Of a stretch of DNA of 64,000 bases, positions 16,863 through 33,776 are shown in pieces. Numbering within the stretch: the first letter of the stretch is position 1; the number at the start of each line of letters is the position of its first letter. This DNA comes from the human T2T-CHM13v2.0 reference genome, Homo sapiens: assembly GCF_009914755.1 (NCBI RefSeq), contig NC_060927.1, one strand, 5' to 3'. The notes beneath the pieces were generated by a model that was not told the DNA's origin, ran no database searches, and worked only from the letters and a program-made list of their open reading frames with translations. Made by a program: the position numbers and the translations under genes.

Positions 16863-17373
16863 TGAAGGTGCCAAGGGCTAACTTTAACCTTTGCCCCTCT
16901 GAAGGTTTGCCGAAAATCACTGACATGCGGCAGATGTAAGATTAAAAGGAGAAGAGGATACAAATTTATTTAATGTGTATACAGGGGAGCCTTCAGAATG
17001 AAGGACCCAATCTACTAATGGTGTTCAAAAAATTGTATATTATCTTGAGGTTACAGAAAGAATGCAGGCTCAGAGCATGGCCAAAAACAGGTTTTAGTGA
17101 CAAGAGAGGTTATGGGAGAGAGAAAGAGGCTTGGCTAGCAAAGGTAGTCTTGTTATGTAGATAAAACCCAGCAGCCCTCAGAGAGAATAGATGGCAAATG
17201 TTTCTTTTCAGACCTCTGAAAGCATTAGACTCTCAGTTAATCTTCCCTAGATCTAGACAAGAGGAGGGCTGGCTGCATGAATGCAAATCCCCCCACAAAA
17301 AAACAGCTTTATGGAGCCACTTCAAAATATGTCAAGGAAGTATATTTTGGGTAAAATATTTTGATTTCCATCA
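16863..17373 (-). mobile_element. 5' LTR of the ERV1 provirus
   Basis: Homologous to 9067-9599 and followed on the minus strand by a PBS-like TGGGTGCAGTGAGCAG. Confidence 0.8.
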
Positions 17374-17639
17374 CTAGTTACCAGACCAAACACTAATTTC
17401 TTCCCTGATACGTATTTTTGAAAGGACGATAATTTGCTATTTATGCAATGGCTTTCTGAAATCATTAATATATTGTACCAAAGTTTTGAGTTTTTAGTAG
17501 GCTTTAGCTCTAAGCAACTCAAATTCAAAGAAGTATTTTGTCTAAATGTTCCTAGCTTTTCTAGATGAAATTAGCAAGTTCTAGGTCTGTGCCATTGAAA
17601 TCAGAATGTCAACCTGATAAAATTAGAAATGTGACTATT

Positions 17640-17937
17640 GGCCGGGTGCGGTGGCTCATGCCTGTAATCCCAGCACTTTGGGAGACCGAGGCGGGTGGAT
17701 CACCTGAGGTCAGGAGTTTGAGACCCGCCCGGCGAACATGGTGAAACCTCATCTCTACTAAAAATACAAAAATTTAGCCTGGCATGGTAGCATGGGCCTA
17801 TAATCCCAGCTACTCGGGAGACTGAGACAGGAGAATCGCTTGAACCCGGAAGGCGGAGGCTGCAGTGAGCTGAGGTCGCGCACCATTGCACTCCAGCCTG
17901 GGCAAACTCCATCTCAAAAAAGAAAAAAGAAAAGAAA
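17640..17937 (+). mobile_element. AluS
   Basis: Dimer; TSD agaaatgtgactatt / agaaacgtgaccatt. Confidence 0.9.
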
Positions 17938-18570
17938 CGTGACCATTAATTGTGCTACCACTTGCTGGCACATCCATTGAGACTTTTCTTCCACTAATGT
18001 GAGACACATGTTGCTGAATTATACTGAAAATTTTTATTTTAGATTTATATTGACATATATTGACATACCATCATTCAAATAAATTAATATAACTCAAATA
18101 CAGCAGAAATCTTGTTTAAATGGCAGTATATGGTTGGATTCTTGGTAGAATGTGCAAAATATACAACTTTCAATGTGTTATAATAAACAGAAAGTAGTAT
18201 TCAGGTTTTCTTTGTCCTTCTTTTGTTTGTCACGGCAGTATCCTTTGAACAAAGATTAAAAACTCAAGCAAAATAGAATATAGTTGGTACTTGAGGAAAG
18301 GAGCTGTGAAAAAGACTTTTTATAATTTTTATTAAAACTTGAGCATACGCACCTAGCTTATATGTTTAAAATATTCTTTTTAATGTATTTTGAACTGAAA
18401 TTGTTATTTTGCATTATTGTCTTCAAAATAAAAAATTGCCATGTAAATAAAGGCTATAATGAAACAGCATGTAATTAAAGACTTAACTCTTCTCAAGTGA
18501 AGTTGATGGACTTCCACCTGATCTACAGAGTTCTCATTAGCTTTAACAATCTCAACTTTCGTTTTTGCAG

Positions 18571-21325
18571 ATGCAACTTCCTTGGGTGAAATGTCACAGC
18601 AATATGGAAGATGCTTCACTGAAGTTATTCACACTTCTTAATGATTAAACTTTTAAGGAACTGACCTTCTGCAAATCCTTTCCAAAGCTTGAACTTCAGT
18701 CCATCACATTACAGCATTGTTACAGCTTCAATTAAATTGTGTAAATCATTTTGATGCACGTACATTTTAAAATTATATATTTTAATTATTCAAGAATGGT
18801 TAACTTCCCCTTAAACCTTACTTTTAAAAATAATAATTAAATACACAATACAGTGAAATGCCTTCTGTATGGATTTACCATGCACATGTTTGTAGTCAAA
18901 GAATAATAACAAAAGACAGATTTGCTTCTGTAAAATTTAGTTATAATCTGTCCATTATTGGGGAATGAGGAAAGGCAATGCTGTGTATTTTCTGTTGAGT
19001 ACTTTCACTTCCCTGTATTCCATTTTTCCAAGAGTCTGATCGGTAATAATTATGAAATTAGGCTTCTCTTTTCATATTCAAGTTTCAGTCATGTTCAGAA
19101 AAATAAAACACAGCCCCAATGAGCCTATTGACTTAGAATTAAGAAAGTGAAGGACATTACTCATTTGTCAAACTTAGATATCACTTGTCCCCTAAAAACT
19201 TTCCATTTTTCTAAATTCTGACAGTTAAGAGCAGTAGTGTCTCATTAGGAGGGGAGTAAGCTCACACAGAGGTAAAAATGAAAGTAGGAGGGAAGTCAAA
19301 GAATTACCACCAGAACAGGTTAGGACCAGCTAAGCACACATCATTTTAGCTCAGTACACTTCAGCATAGTACAATGTGATCTTTTTGATATCTTGGATTA
19401 ATCTAAGAAACTGTTTACTGTGTTTCACATATTGGCTTCTTTGGCTTCAATTGTCTTATTATCCTTAGTAAGCCAATTGAAGAGCATAATGATTTTGAGA
19501 ATGATTTCTTAAAAATCATTCAGATTATTTTTGAATGACTTATTAAAACATAAGTTTTCGTATTGTAGAAAACTCAGTTCTCAGTAATAACTATGATGTT
19601 ACTGTAGCTTGGACACATAGGTCCATTGTGCATTGGATATACTTTGAAAACACACAAAAAAAACTTTCTATGGAACAGAGATTCATCATAAGTTACTTAG
19701 CAGAAGTTTATAAAGCATCGAAAAACACTTCCTCTGTAAACCCTAAAAATCACTGTCTGATACGTGGGAGGAAAAAAGTTTTGTCCAGTAGAGCAAAGGC
19801 TTATTTCAGCATAAAAAGAGAGTGTTGTGAGTTGTGAGAAGGTGTCTTAATTTTAAAGGAAGAGGAGAGAAATGGGCAATTGCTAATCTTAACTAAAAAT
19901 TAATGGACTTGTATGATCCAAAGAATAAAATAAACTCAAAGAAACATAACAAAAATATATTAGAAAAAGAGTTAAACTAAGAAATTGACCTTTATGAAGG
20001 ACTAATTTTTCAGTTATCCAATGTGCTTTTTAAAGATAAAGTTTAAAAGAGGCAAAAAGAGGTGAAAGAAATGAACATGTGTACTTAGAATATATATATT
20101 GGTTTTGTATGTAACTTCTTAGTTTTTCTGGATATTTTTAAAATTGAAAGTCTTCAAAATTAATTTAGGAAAAATAGTAAATAATTTTTTTTCATTGTAG
20201 TAGAGGGCTGTAGCCAAGAGAAGTGAATTTTGGGAAATCTAACCAATTCTTTTTTTCATAAACTTGTGTTAGAAAGCTAGCAATAGCACATAGGGAAGTA
20301 TCCTGGAGGACTCAGGAGTTGAAAGAATTATTTAAGAAGTTGTGATATCCTTGTCTGCCTTTCCCCAACCTTGTGATGAACTATAGAAATGTTTCCTATT
20401 GCTTAGAAGCTCTTTCTTTCCTTGTATGCACATTTGGGTATTTGTAAGCTTCTAATCCAATTGGGTTCTGCTTCATGCTTTGACAAAAGGTATTAAAACC
20501 TACTTTAGCCTAAAACTTTCTCATGGTAAATATTGGAAGTTGGATTATGCAAATTGATTTCCTCCATTCTTTATTTTTTAATTCAAAATTAGACTATGAC
20601 ATCCAACTTAATTAAAATAAGAAGTCACAATATAGTGATTTATGCTATAGTTTCATGTGTAATGTATTTTCACCTAATATACACACAATTTCCATGAAGG
20701 GAAGAAAATGTTTTCTCCACTTATAACTCTATTTTATTTCATATTTTAATTTTTACCACTACTTCATTCAGAGTAGAAAATAAGTCAGCAATATACTAAA
20801 TAATGGGGCTATTCTTTTAACATAGCAGTAAATTAAGACAGAATTTTTGTTAAGAATATGACAAGTCATCTCACTTATTTATCCAATGCATTAGGTATTA
20901 CTAATCCAACTATATTTCAACTTGAAGGGACTTTTTTGTTTTGTTTCAAAATAATGCATTACTTTTTTCTCTTTGCTTCTGTATGAACCTTTATAGAGCA
21001 AATGAATATATGTATATGGAGTTCTGGGTTCTAGTGTCAATTACATAATCAAATTTCATAAAAGGATGTTAGTTACTGGCTATGTTGTCCTAAAATTTAC
21101 ACACACTAAAAAATGTCTGTCAAGTTGTACCTTTAACCTGTTCATAGCTTTAGGGAATTAAGTTTCTTAAACCAAATTATGAAAAAATAACTTAATGGAA
21201 TCTTCTAAAAGGAAAAAGTATAAAAAGCTTTCTGAATGATATTACCCCTTATACCTAAAGGCTCAAGATGCTTGAATATGGTTCAACTTTTCCAAAGTTA
21301 ATAAACAAGGGATGATGAAAGCAGT
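18571..21325 (+). other. OSTN: Predicted OSTN terminal non-coding 3'UTR exon
   Basis: Strong acceptor ctttcgtttttgcag at 18556-18570; long AU-rich tract with no recognisable Alu or L1; AATAAA at 21300-21305. 3' end approximate. Confidence 0.7.
21300..21305 (+). terminator. Candidate distal polyadenylation signal for OSTN
   Basis: AATAAA followed by a T-rich tract (ttttaatctttattta) near the end of the Alu-free region. Confidence 0.55.
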
Positions 21326-21544
21326 TTTAATCTTTATTTATTATAACACATTTGCGTTCATAACTGTTGTAAATACATGAGAACATCTTCGGGCATTACC
21401 ATGCAACTAATATTTATTTACATACATTTGAGTTATTCCTTAGCATTACAGGCATATTGCTCAACTTGGTCTATTTTATTGTAGGTTTAAATTTGTTTTA
21501 ATAGTTTACTTGTTTGTTTCATTTCTGTTTTGGGGGTTTGGGGT

Positions 21545-22164
<620 letters not shown>

Positions 22165-22887
22165 CTTAATTTTTTTTAATAGTTTAAGCAATATTATTCA
22201 TTTTATCTTATAAGACAGCTTTATCTTAAGCACCAACAATTTTATGTAGATTAAACTGTATCTTCTCCTCCCCATATAGTAAAGGGTGGTATGTAGATTG
22301 ATTTGGTCAGCTATCACAGAGTAAGCTAGCCATTAATATTCTTTCATTGTAAAGTTACTTTGGCAATATATCTGTGCCAGCACAGATTGTAAACAAAATT
22401 GAGGTTGAACTTCCAAATTTTAATTGACTAAATAAATTTGTTTAGATGTAAGCAAGGGCAGTTTGATGTATAGATGTGAAACAAAAGCTAATCAAGAGAA
22501 AGCCAATGAGTTTTTGGGGTTTTTGTTGTTGTTGTCTTTAACCACACTGTGTCTAAACTCTTACAAGAATGCTGAGGGTCTCAAATAGTTTCTCATGTTG
22601 TGGAGGAGGCAGACATGAGAATTAAGAAAACAAAAGGCAAATCATTTTTTTAAGAAAGTTTTCTTAACATTCTATCTTTAAGGCATCTAGTACTTTTTCC
22701 CCAGAGTTTAATAAATCTGTTTCTGCTTAGTAATGTATCCATTTGTTGGAGTAGTCTCAATTACCATTGTTCAAATTAATAGAAAAGAGAGGTGGCCAAT
22801 ACAATCATAAAAATGAGAAAGAACAATAATGCATATTTTCCATGTAACTTGAGACAATATAACTTTCCAAGATGCTTTTCAAAATGT

Positions 22888-22893
22888 TTTAAT
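22888..22893 (-). terminator. Candidate UTS2B polyadenylation signal (ATTAAA) beyond the inserted LTR
   Basis: tttaat on the + strand, in non-repeat sequence downstream of the LTR13-like insertion. Confidence 0.4.
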
Positions 22894-23170
22894 TAATAGT
22901 TCAACAGCATAGTCACAACAGGACAAAACTTTACATAAGCAATGAATTTATGGAAAGCATACAATAGATACAGCATTTTCAACTCTAGCTCTACAAAACC
23001 ATTTTGATAGTGACATACCTTCAAAAGTGCAACTGATTAGTGATTATTCACAACATAAACCTTAAGCTTATCATAATTGACTTAGTAACAAGAACAAGGT
23101 GAAAAAATCATATGCATAATAAATGCCAGTTTCTTTATGATTGAAACAGCTACAATTTTAAATAGCAGAG

Positions 23171-24054
23171 TATTGCGGGATCTGGCCAGTAGCCCGCAAT
23201 GCAACGGGGCTCTTTGTTCCCAGGCGGATCAGCAGGTTGAGAAATAACAGACACACACAAGATAGTGAAAGCTGGGTCCAGGGGGGTCACCACCTTCTGG
23301 TCCCATGGTGCCAACAATGCACTGGATATACCAGCATTTATTATTAAGTTTAGCAAGGGCAGGGGTAGGTTAATGAGGGATTTAGGGTCATTTGATTATG
23401 AGGTGAGATGGTCACATGGGGATGAAGTAATTCTTTAACATAACATTTGTATGTAGAAGTACAGTACATTTGTATGTAGAAGTACAGTATACAGAGATAA
23501 GAATTTACAATATACTGTGTGTGTAATTTCTAACAGAGCCTTAAAACAGAAACACAATCTTTCCATAACCTATGATTAGCAAGATATTAATCAGCAGTAA
23601 CAATTGTAACAAAAGCTGGTTACAAACAATCCATGGAAACAGGACATGAAGCTAGACAACCGCTTAGACCAGAAATTCTCAGAAGGAAATATGCCTTAAC
23701 CCTAAAGAGGCCTAGAAGAGCCATGGCAAGATGAGGACGTTTACAACCCTATCTTATCCATATGGACAGGCGCCTTCCATGCATCCGTTTATAGGCTCTC
23801 CACGAGGGGCGCATTCCATTCCCAGAGCTATGAACATCTGCTTTTCTGGGATAGGAATCTTGGTGATATGAAACCTCCCTGACTGCACGTCCATTCATAG
23901 GCTCTCTACAGGGGGAAGCAAGTGCTGTTGGCTCATTCTGGCAGTCCAACCTGGCATTGTCTTTACACAATCCCGCATGCAATTTTGTATTTACAATAAT
24001 CAGGAGCATTTCATCTTTTATTCCACAGCAATAGTTTCAGGGGGTCTGCCTACA
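23171..24054 (-). mobile_element. Solo ERVK-class LTR (LTR13/LTR13A-like) in the UTS2B 3'UTR
   Basis: Minus strand starts TGTAGGCAGACCCCCTGAAAC and ends ...CCCGCAATA; perfect 6-bp TSD GCAGAG at 23165-23170 and 24055-24060; internal AATAAA at 23342-23337. Confidence 0.8.
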
Positions 24055-24120
24055 GCAGAGTGAGTAGATACATATATTTTCCTGATATTCTTATCTTTTT
24101 TTGCATCCAGAGAAAAAGCT

Positions 24121-24146
24121 TTAAACACAGTATTTCCAAAAGCAAG
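24121..24146 (-). CDS. UTS2B: UTS2B last coding exon: mature URP (A)CFWKYCV*
   Basis: ttttcttctttag acceptor; encodes the cyclic CFWKYC urotensin core; TAA at 24123-24121. The five exons sum to 360 nt (119 aa plus stop). Confidence 0.97.
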
Positions 24147-24254
24147 CTAAAGAAGAAAACAAAATACATTTTTTATTAGAAGTATATTTGATAAAACTTG
24201 CTCTTGAATCAATAGCTTATGTGTGCCTGAATGCGAGAGTTAAGTTTTTAAAAG

Positions 24255-24447
24255 GGACAGTCAATATTGTAGCTACTAGCCTCATGTGGATCTTTAAGTT
24301 AATCACAATTAAATTAAAAATTCAGCATCTCCATCATACTAGTCACATTTCAACTGCTCAATAGCACTTGTAGCCAGTGACTACCACAATGGACAGTACA
24401 AACTAGAGAATGTTCCCATCACAGAAAATTCTATTGGACAACACTGT
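24255..24447. mobile_element. MER3-like hAT-Charlie element
   Basis: tagtcacatttcaactgctcaatagcac...ttctattggacaacactg matches recalled MER3 consensus. Confidence 0.65.
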
Positions 24448-25204
24448 TATAAATTATAATACATATAATACAGTCTAGAGAATTCAATAGACTGCCCTAT
24501 GAGATTCATCCCTCTATTTTACACTTGAGGTAACTGATATACCAAAAAGAAAGTCACATAAGTAAAAAAGCAGTGCTAATGAGAATCTATCTGTTGAGTG
24601 AAGAGGAAGGAAGACAGTTTAAAGGTCACTTTGCAGACCACAAAATGATATTTAAATAACTTCATTTGTCATCACATTTAGTCCTCCCATTCTGATCATA
24701 AAATGATTCTTCAGAGAAATCAAACCAAATATATTAGCATTTCAATCTTCAAATATATAAATGAATCATTTTAAATCTTCTGTAGGTTGTTACCAATCAC
24801 CTGACTTACAGTAGTTGCATCTAGCTAATTATCAGTTTCTCTAATTTCCTTTTATTTAACTAGCTTATAAAACTAAGCCCCTTGGGAGAAGGGCCTTTGA
24901 TTCATTGTTGATCAGTGGTATTTACAGTGAAAAAGAGTTGAAAAACATATAATCCCTCATTGAAATGAATGATAAATTTCTATGTGCTTGCCCAGGTTTT
25001 CCTCCCCAAATACACCGTAGCCCCTGTGCTTATCACCACATATAAACAGAGTTTTATGATATCACTCAGAGCCTATTTTTCATTTCTTCAAGAGCCACAG
25101 TTTCCCTTAGAAGCCACATTCAAACCCTGCGAAAGCAGAAGTCTATTTTCAGACATTGAAGTGAGGCGCTTCACCCACTAATCTCACCTTCTTCTTTTTT
25201 TTCA

Positions 25205-25374
25205 GGTTTTTTTTTTTTTTCTTTTTAAAAGATGAGGCTTCTCACTATATTCCCCAGCCTGGACCACAGTGGCTATTCACAGGCATGATCATAGAGTGCT
25301 ACAGCTTCAAGTGATTCTCTAACCTCAGCCTCCTGAGTAGCTGGGACTACAGGTGCATGCCACCATGCCTGGCC
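25205..25374 (-). mobile_element. FAM-like fossil Alu monomer
   Basis: 7SL-derived gtggctattcacaggcatgatc segment inside a monomeric Alu. Confidence 0.7.
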
Positions 25375-25886
25375 AATCTTCTTTTTATAGTATGCTTTGG
25401 AAAGTTATCATCACTGACCTCTCTGTCTTTTCAGATGTCTTTGAATATCTGAGTCTGGCAGAAGAATATAAACTTACACTTAGCCAAGACTTATACCACA
25501 TGAACAGCTCAATTAAATATACAATGGAATATAGTTTGGAGAATTTTTTGGATGTGGTCAAAGGGAACTGTCATGAGTCATACTGGTGGCAGAGCCAATT
25601 CCCCAATGTTTATAGCGTACACCATTCATCATTTACATAAAGTAAAACCCCAACCAGCTTTCTGGTGTCACTTAATGGCTGTCTTGTTAACTCTTGTATT
25701 CTCCGTTTTTAGCATGATGCTAGGAGTTGGACAGCTATATTTGTAGCAGATGTCTATCAACAATATATTAAAAGATTAAAGAAAGGTACAATATTTCACA
25801 GTAAGCGTAAGTTTTTACTGTCTTAAGCTGGATTTCTGGGTCTATTTCATCCTCATATATTGTTATTCACAGTGGTTAGTCTCTAG

Positions 25887-26203
<317 letters not shown>

Positions 26204-26479
26204 TACAAACATGTTGTAATATCTACTTTCTTAAAAATAAACAAAAAAGGTTTTTTTTTTATGCTTTCAAATCATTCTAGCTGATATACCAATTTTTTTT
26301 CTATTCCTTAGCACAAAATTCTTTAAGAGAATTTTCTATTGTCAGTGGTTCCAGTTCTATAGTCATGTTTTCTTTAACAAAAAGTTCACCAAACAATCCT
26401 TGGCAAGGCCATTAATGACCTTTCCTCTGCTGAATTCAACTGGAAGTTCTCAGTCCTCATTTTACTGGATCTATCATAG

Positions 26480-27223
<744 letters not shown>

Positions 27224-28283
27224 ATAGCTTTGGATAGACTTAAACTCCTTTTTCCCAGAAACAGTTTTTTTACTTGACTTGTGGGTGTTGCTTTCTTGCC
27301 TCCTTCTTTGTACCTACTCCTACTCAGCCTCTTTTGTTGACTCTGCCTCATCTGCTCAGTTTCTTCCCTTGGAATGATCTGAGTCTCAGTTTTTAGGTAT
27401 CTTTTCCTTATATTTGGAGTCACTCCTTAGATGCTCTCGTCACAATGCCAAACAATATTTATAATGCTGATAACTGCCAAATGTATATCTCTAATCTGGG
27501 CTGACTGAAGATATAAGATTCATATTCACTAACTTCAGATTCATACATCTAATCTTCTACTCAATTTACTCCTGGAAGATTTATTAAATATGGCATAACA
27601 AACCCAAAATATGTGGTAGGAATACAACTCTTCAGCTATTCCTAAGACTTCTCTGTATTTCCTAGGGATCCCACATCCCCATTAAGTTAAATTGGGATCA
27701 TGTGCATAGCTCTGGCAGTTAAAAGCATATTTACCTGCTTCATCTCTTTCCTATCCTACTATAGGTACATTGGAGACCACGTGTTCCACATAGTGTATGC
27801 ATGAAGTGAAGGAAAAATGGTCAACATATGTAAGACCTCATGTAAACTCGGTCAAAATTATAGAAAGTTGCATCACTGAGATTTAAAGGCTATTTTATCA
27901 GCTTGCTAAGCATATCCCAATATACAGTTTGATAACGTGAAGTGAGGGTGCTGCTGTAAAACATACCTAAAATCTGACACAGTATCAGCAACTCATTAAT
28001 GGCAGACAAGGAAACTGATATCATAGGTTTGAAAAATTAAGAGTTATTTTATTAAATGGCAAAATAAGTGCTAAAACTCGCATCTGCAACAGCTTGGGAT
28101 TCAGATCATGTGCCTAGAGCTCCTAGAAGAAAGGCTGGAAAAGAGTAAATTGGCAAGCAGTATATTTAGTTTGCTGTTGATTGCGATTATCCTTTCCCTG
28201 TTCCTTTGCTAATTGTTGGATATGTATGGGGTGAATAATAACTCATCTTTTCAGTTAATAGGTCTGTGAATGAAGAGTAGCTT

Positions 28284-28908
<625 letters not shown>

Positions 28909-29606
28909 CTAGTAAATATATCCTGGAAAGCCTGTTATTTGTGCTGCATGCAGTCACTAGAAGAGATTTGGGGTTGTCTCTAATGAGAATGAGTTGAGTA
29001 TAGTCTATGTTTTTAAGAAGAGATAAAGGATAGACTATGATAGAGGCAGTGCTCACCAAGTACTATAGGTACTTCCTTACATTTACCAACCTGCCTTGCC
29101 ATATGTTGGTGGTAGTCCCAGTGACTAATCCCGGCCAATGGACTTCAGTAGAAATGATGTGTGTCCCTTCCGAACTGAGGCAATTGAAAGCTGGGATGTA
29201 TCCTTTATCCTCTTCTGTTTTGGCAATGTTGGAGGCAGTTAAGCTGTATCAACGTTCTGGATGATAGGGCTACAGAATAGAGTGGTGCTGTGCTGTGCTG
29301 CAAGCATTGGACTCGATTCCCGACTTTATTACACCATGCCTCTGAGATTTAGATTACAACTGTTAACACCTAATAGCCTAAGCTATACTGATTCAGGAAA
29401 GGTCCAACAAATCTCTATTTCAACCTTTCTCTTGTACTTTCTTCTCCTCCAGTTATCCTTGGCTCAATAAACAGAAACTGTCCTTTGTTCCTAGTTGCTC
29501 AAAACAAAATCCTTGGAGTAATTTTTGACACCTGCCTATTTTTTACACTTCATGTGTAATTCTCCAGCACATTTTGTTGACTTTTATTTGAAATATATCC
29601 AGAATC

Positions 29607-29836
<230 letters not shown>

Positions 29837-30956
29837 CTACCCTCCACTTCATCTTCTGCCACTTCATCCTTCACCCTTACTGGCTAAGTCACTTAGCAGT
29901 TGGGTTATTTTCAGCATTAAATTTAACCCTTCTGAGATGCAGTTTTCTCGTCTATAAAAAAAGTCATATTAATAGCTATTGTATGGGATTCATGTAGAAA
30001 ATAATTGTAGTAATAATGATCAAAATAATTTTTTAAGTTAAGCTTACATAGTACTTACTACATACTAGGAATTATTTTAAATTAAATTAACTCATGTACT
30101 CCTCCCAACAATCCCATGAAGATTATTATCATTATCCGCATTTTTAGGCAAAGAAAATGAGGCAGAGAAAATTAGATAACTCTCCAAGGTTGCGTAGGTA
30201 GTCAAAGTTAAAATTTGAACCCAGGCAGTCTAGCTCTAGAGTCTGAATGCTTAATGACTATATTTTGAGACATTAAAATATAAAATGTCTGGTATATGTT
30301 TAGGGCTTAACACTGGTTCATCTTCTTCCCTCAATAATATTGTTAAAATATGATTTTACAGAAGTTAAAGACAAATCTGGTATAGGGGACAAGTAAAAAT
30401 AAATATGACTTAGGAAATCTCTCATCACTACATGAACAAAGAAACAGGAATACATTTTTTTCAAAAATAAAAACAAAGTAAGAAACAATAATTTCCTAGG
30501 AAAAATTATCCAAAAGCATAATCCAAAAAAGTAATCTTTCTAAAATTAAATGCTATGAATCGAACCTTGGAACAAGTGTTATAGCAACGAAGTTTCCCCT
30601 TATGTCAGAATAGATTCTATGGAATTTTAAATTGACTTAAAATGGATTATTTCTATTTGTGGTCTTTGCTGCTTCAGTGTTTAAGCCAAAATAGCAAGAG
30701 TAAGCCAGAGTTTATACAATAAGGACCTATTTTATTTAAACCTGAGAAGTGTGAACTTGCCCCGTTGTAAACACCAGAAAGCTCAAATACATTTATATGG
30801 TAACACTTTTATTGGAATATATTTTTTTAATATGAGCCTTTATATTGGTCACCACCATAAGATTAAGAAATGCCAACTGAATCTTCTTCCTCTCAGAAAT
30901 TACTGCAAAAATAATCTTTTGGAAGTCAATCTTAAAACCTTGAAATGAAAGCTTAC

Positions 30957-31050
30957 CTCGTTTGCTAGGATGAGAAGAGAATAGACCATCTACAGCATAG
31001 GACGTCTCAGAATCCTTCTCCTCCACTAGCTGTTCTTTTAGCTTTTCCAG
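30957..31050 (-). CDS. UTS2B: UTS2B coding exon 4: LEKLKEQLVEEKDSETSYAVDGLFSSHPSKR(A)
   Basis: ttttatcag acceptor and GTAAGC donor; 94 nt, phase 0-1; overlaps ORF track entry 30793..31026; ends in the KR convertase site. Confidence 0.95.
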
Positions 31051-31103
31051 CTGATAAAATTGTAAAATGATAATTAATTGGTCTTCTATAAAACCATGCT
31101 GTT

Positions 31104-31605
<502 letters not shown>

Positions 31606-32511
31606 TCAGAAAGAAACAGGTTTTGGGCAAAGGAAGTCACCTCTGGGTGTTAATGGGGAACATGTAAATACAGCCTGTGTACTTGGACTTCATTTTGTGC
31701 CACCTATAATGAGCAGGTCTTTTCAAGGAGCTACAAATTATTGTGTCAATACTTGGATTTCCTGAATTTTTTGTCTTTTCTAGCTGGAAGGAAAAAGTAT
31801 TTTGAGGCCTTAAGGTTTCCATCCAGAATTCAACTTATTTTAATTTTTAATTTTAATAAGGTTACTAATTGCCTTAGGCCCTGAAGAGCTAACTACAAAA
31901 GTAGGGTTCAGCCTGGACCACTCTTTATCTCCATGTTGGTGCTACTCAGAAGAGAATGATGAGAATAGTTCTCTCTCCCAAAGGGCCAGTTTGCAGAATA
32001 ATGGAATTGCACGGAGAAAAGGGTGTTACTAGGGGTCCCCGTCAAGAAGGCAGCACTTCAGGCTCTTCACACCAGCTGCTTCAAGCCAAACAGCTTGACT
32101 TTTACATGTTTCATTTGCTGGGAAAACATAACATTTGGGGGAAAAAAGATTCCCACTGTTTAAAAACAATAACATCCATCTATTTACAGCCTCCCATTCT
32201 ACAGATGAGGAGATTTCAGTCTAGAGAATTTGTTTGCCCCAGGTTTCACAGTTTGGTAATTGCAAAGCTAAAATTAGAATCCAGATTTCTAGACATTATA
32301 AACAATGATCACTTCAGCCATAGTTTTGTTTTGTTTTGTGTTAGTATAACTTGATTTTTCTTTTTCTACAAAACAGCTTCACGCTTTGTTTAGCAGGAAT
32401 AAAAGTTTTACATTGTAGTATTAATAATTTATTTTAAAAAACATTGTGTCAAGAAGAAATTTCCTTATAATTGTTATTAAAACTGCTCATTTAAGTATTT
32501 CACATTCTCAC

Positions 32512-32549
32512 CTGGTTAAGTTCTTCCAGTTTGTTAGGTAAGGCTAGGT
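32512..32549 (-). CDS. UTS2B: UTS2B coding exon 3: (D)LALPNKLEELNQ
   Basis: tcttgcag acceptor and GTGAGA donor; 38 nt, phase 1-0. Confidence 0.92.
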
Positions 32550-33776
32550 CTGCAAGACACATTTGTCACATGAAAAAACGTACATTGCAAGTAATATTTA
32601 ATTTGCTTCAGTACACACATTTAAGATCTTACGTAGAAAGCATAGGTCTTTTTCATATGATTTGACATCACCCATCCATTCCTAATATAAAACCTCCAGT
32701 ATATTTCTCAATGCCCATAGTATTGAAATGCAATCAGTTATGTCATCTGAAATATGTAATTTTCAACAATTAGCACAAAGTTTTTCTAACGTAGACCATA
32801 GTTCTAGCATGACCTATTATTTAGAAATAAACTATTTTTGCTGGCATGTGGAAATTCTCATAAAACAACATTAAATGGGGTTGTGGGCGGGGGGAAGCAA
32901 GCCATGTATTCTATGTATAATTCAATCGAGAAGAAAATTCTCCAAAATACTAAGGCTAACTTGCTCCAGGTTTTAAAATTTGGGTATAAATTTTTTGTTT
33001 TTATAAATTTCACTTATTTTTCAATAAGAATATATTACTTTTAGTTTAAAAACCCTGAATTTTAAAAGTATTTATTAAGTTATTCTTTTAACCAGCATTT
33101 TGTTCTATGAATACAGACATGTTTAGATTACTTCAGATGTTGTATGGGAGAGTAGCACGGTATCATATTGTCACATTTTCTCTTAAGCTAGACTTGTTAA
33201 ATTTCTGACAAAATCTCAGTCATTTCTTGGAGGACAATCTCATGGATATTTGTAAGTCAGATTCTCCTGTTCTTCAAATAAAAATAATTTCAATTGGTGT
33301 AGCCTAAATTTTTCATTCATCATCTGTACTCCAACTGTTTCCTAAAATTGAAAGAATTTGATTAAAATAATGCTAAATTAACTACAACAAAGCTGCAGTT
33401 AATTTGTGAAATTTCTAGAAGAAACCTATAACTATAATACTTTTGAAACATTTAAGAAAATAAAATACTAGTGGTACTAGTGGAGAATTGCATAGATGAG
33501 AAGAAAATATGAATAAAGGTAACCTTTTTTTTTTACTATATGTTTACCAATCCCATTAGGACCCTCAAATTGACCAAAATAGGCTATTAATATTTGTTAA
33601 TAACTCCATGGATTTAACATAAATATAAAACAAAAAAATCACTTAAATCTTTAGTGTAGCATATAAAAGAGTAATTATTTCATTTAATATAAATTAACAT
33701 TTAGAAAAAGCAAGTCTCAAGACAAAATAAATTGTTATTTTTTAATAAATAGAGCTTGACTTCATGTTTAACTCAC

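Noticed and set aside
23443-23488. 23-bp tandem repeat inside the LTR13-like element
   Set aside because: Probably a feature of the LTR family itself; not spacer-separated and not CRISPR-like.
31956-32354. 132-aa ORF antisense in a UTS2B intron
   Set aside because: No known motif, partly MIR-like, no supporting splice or promoter signals.
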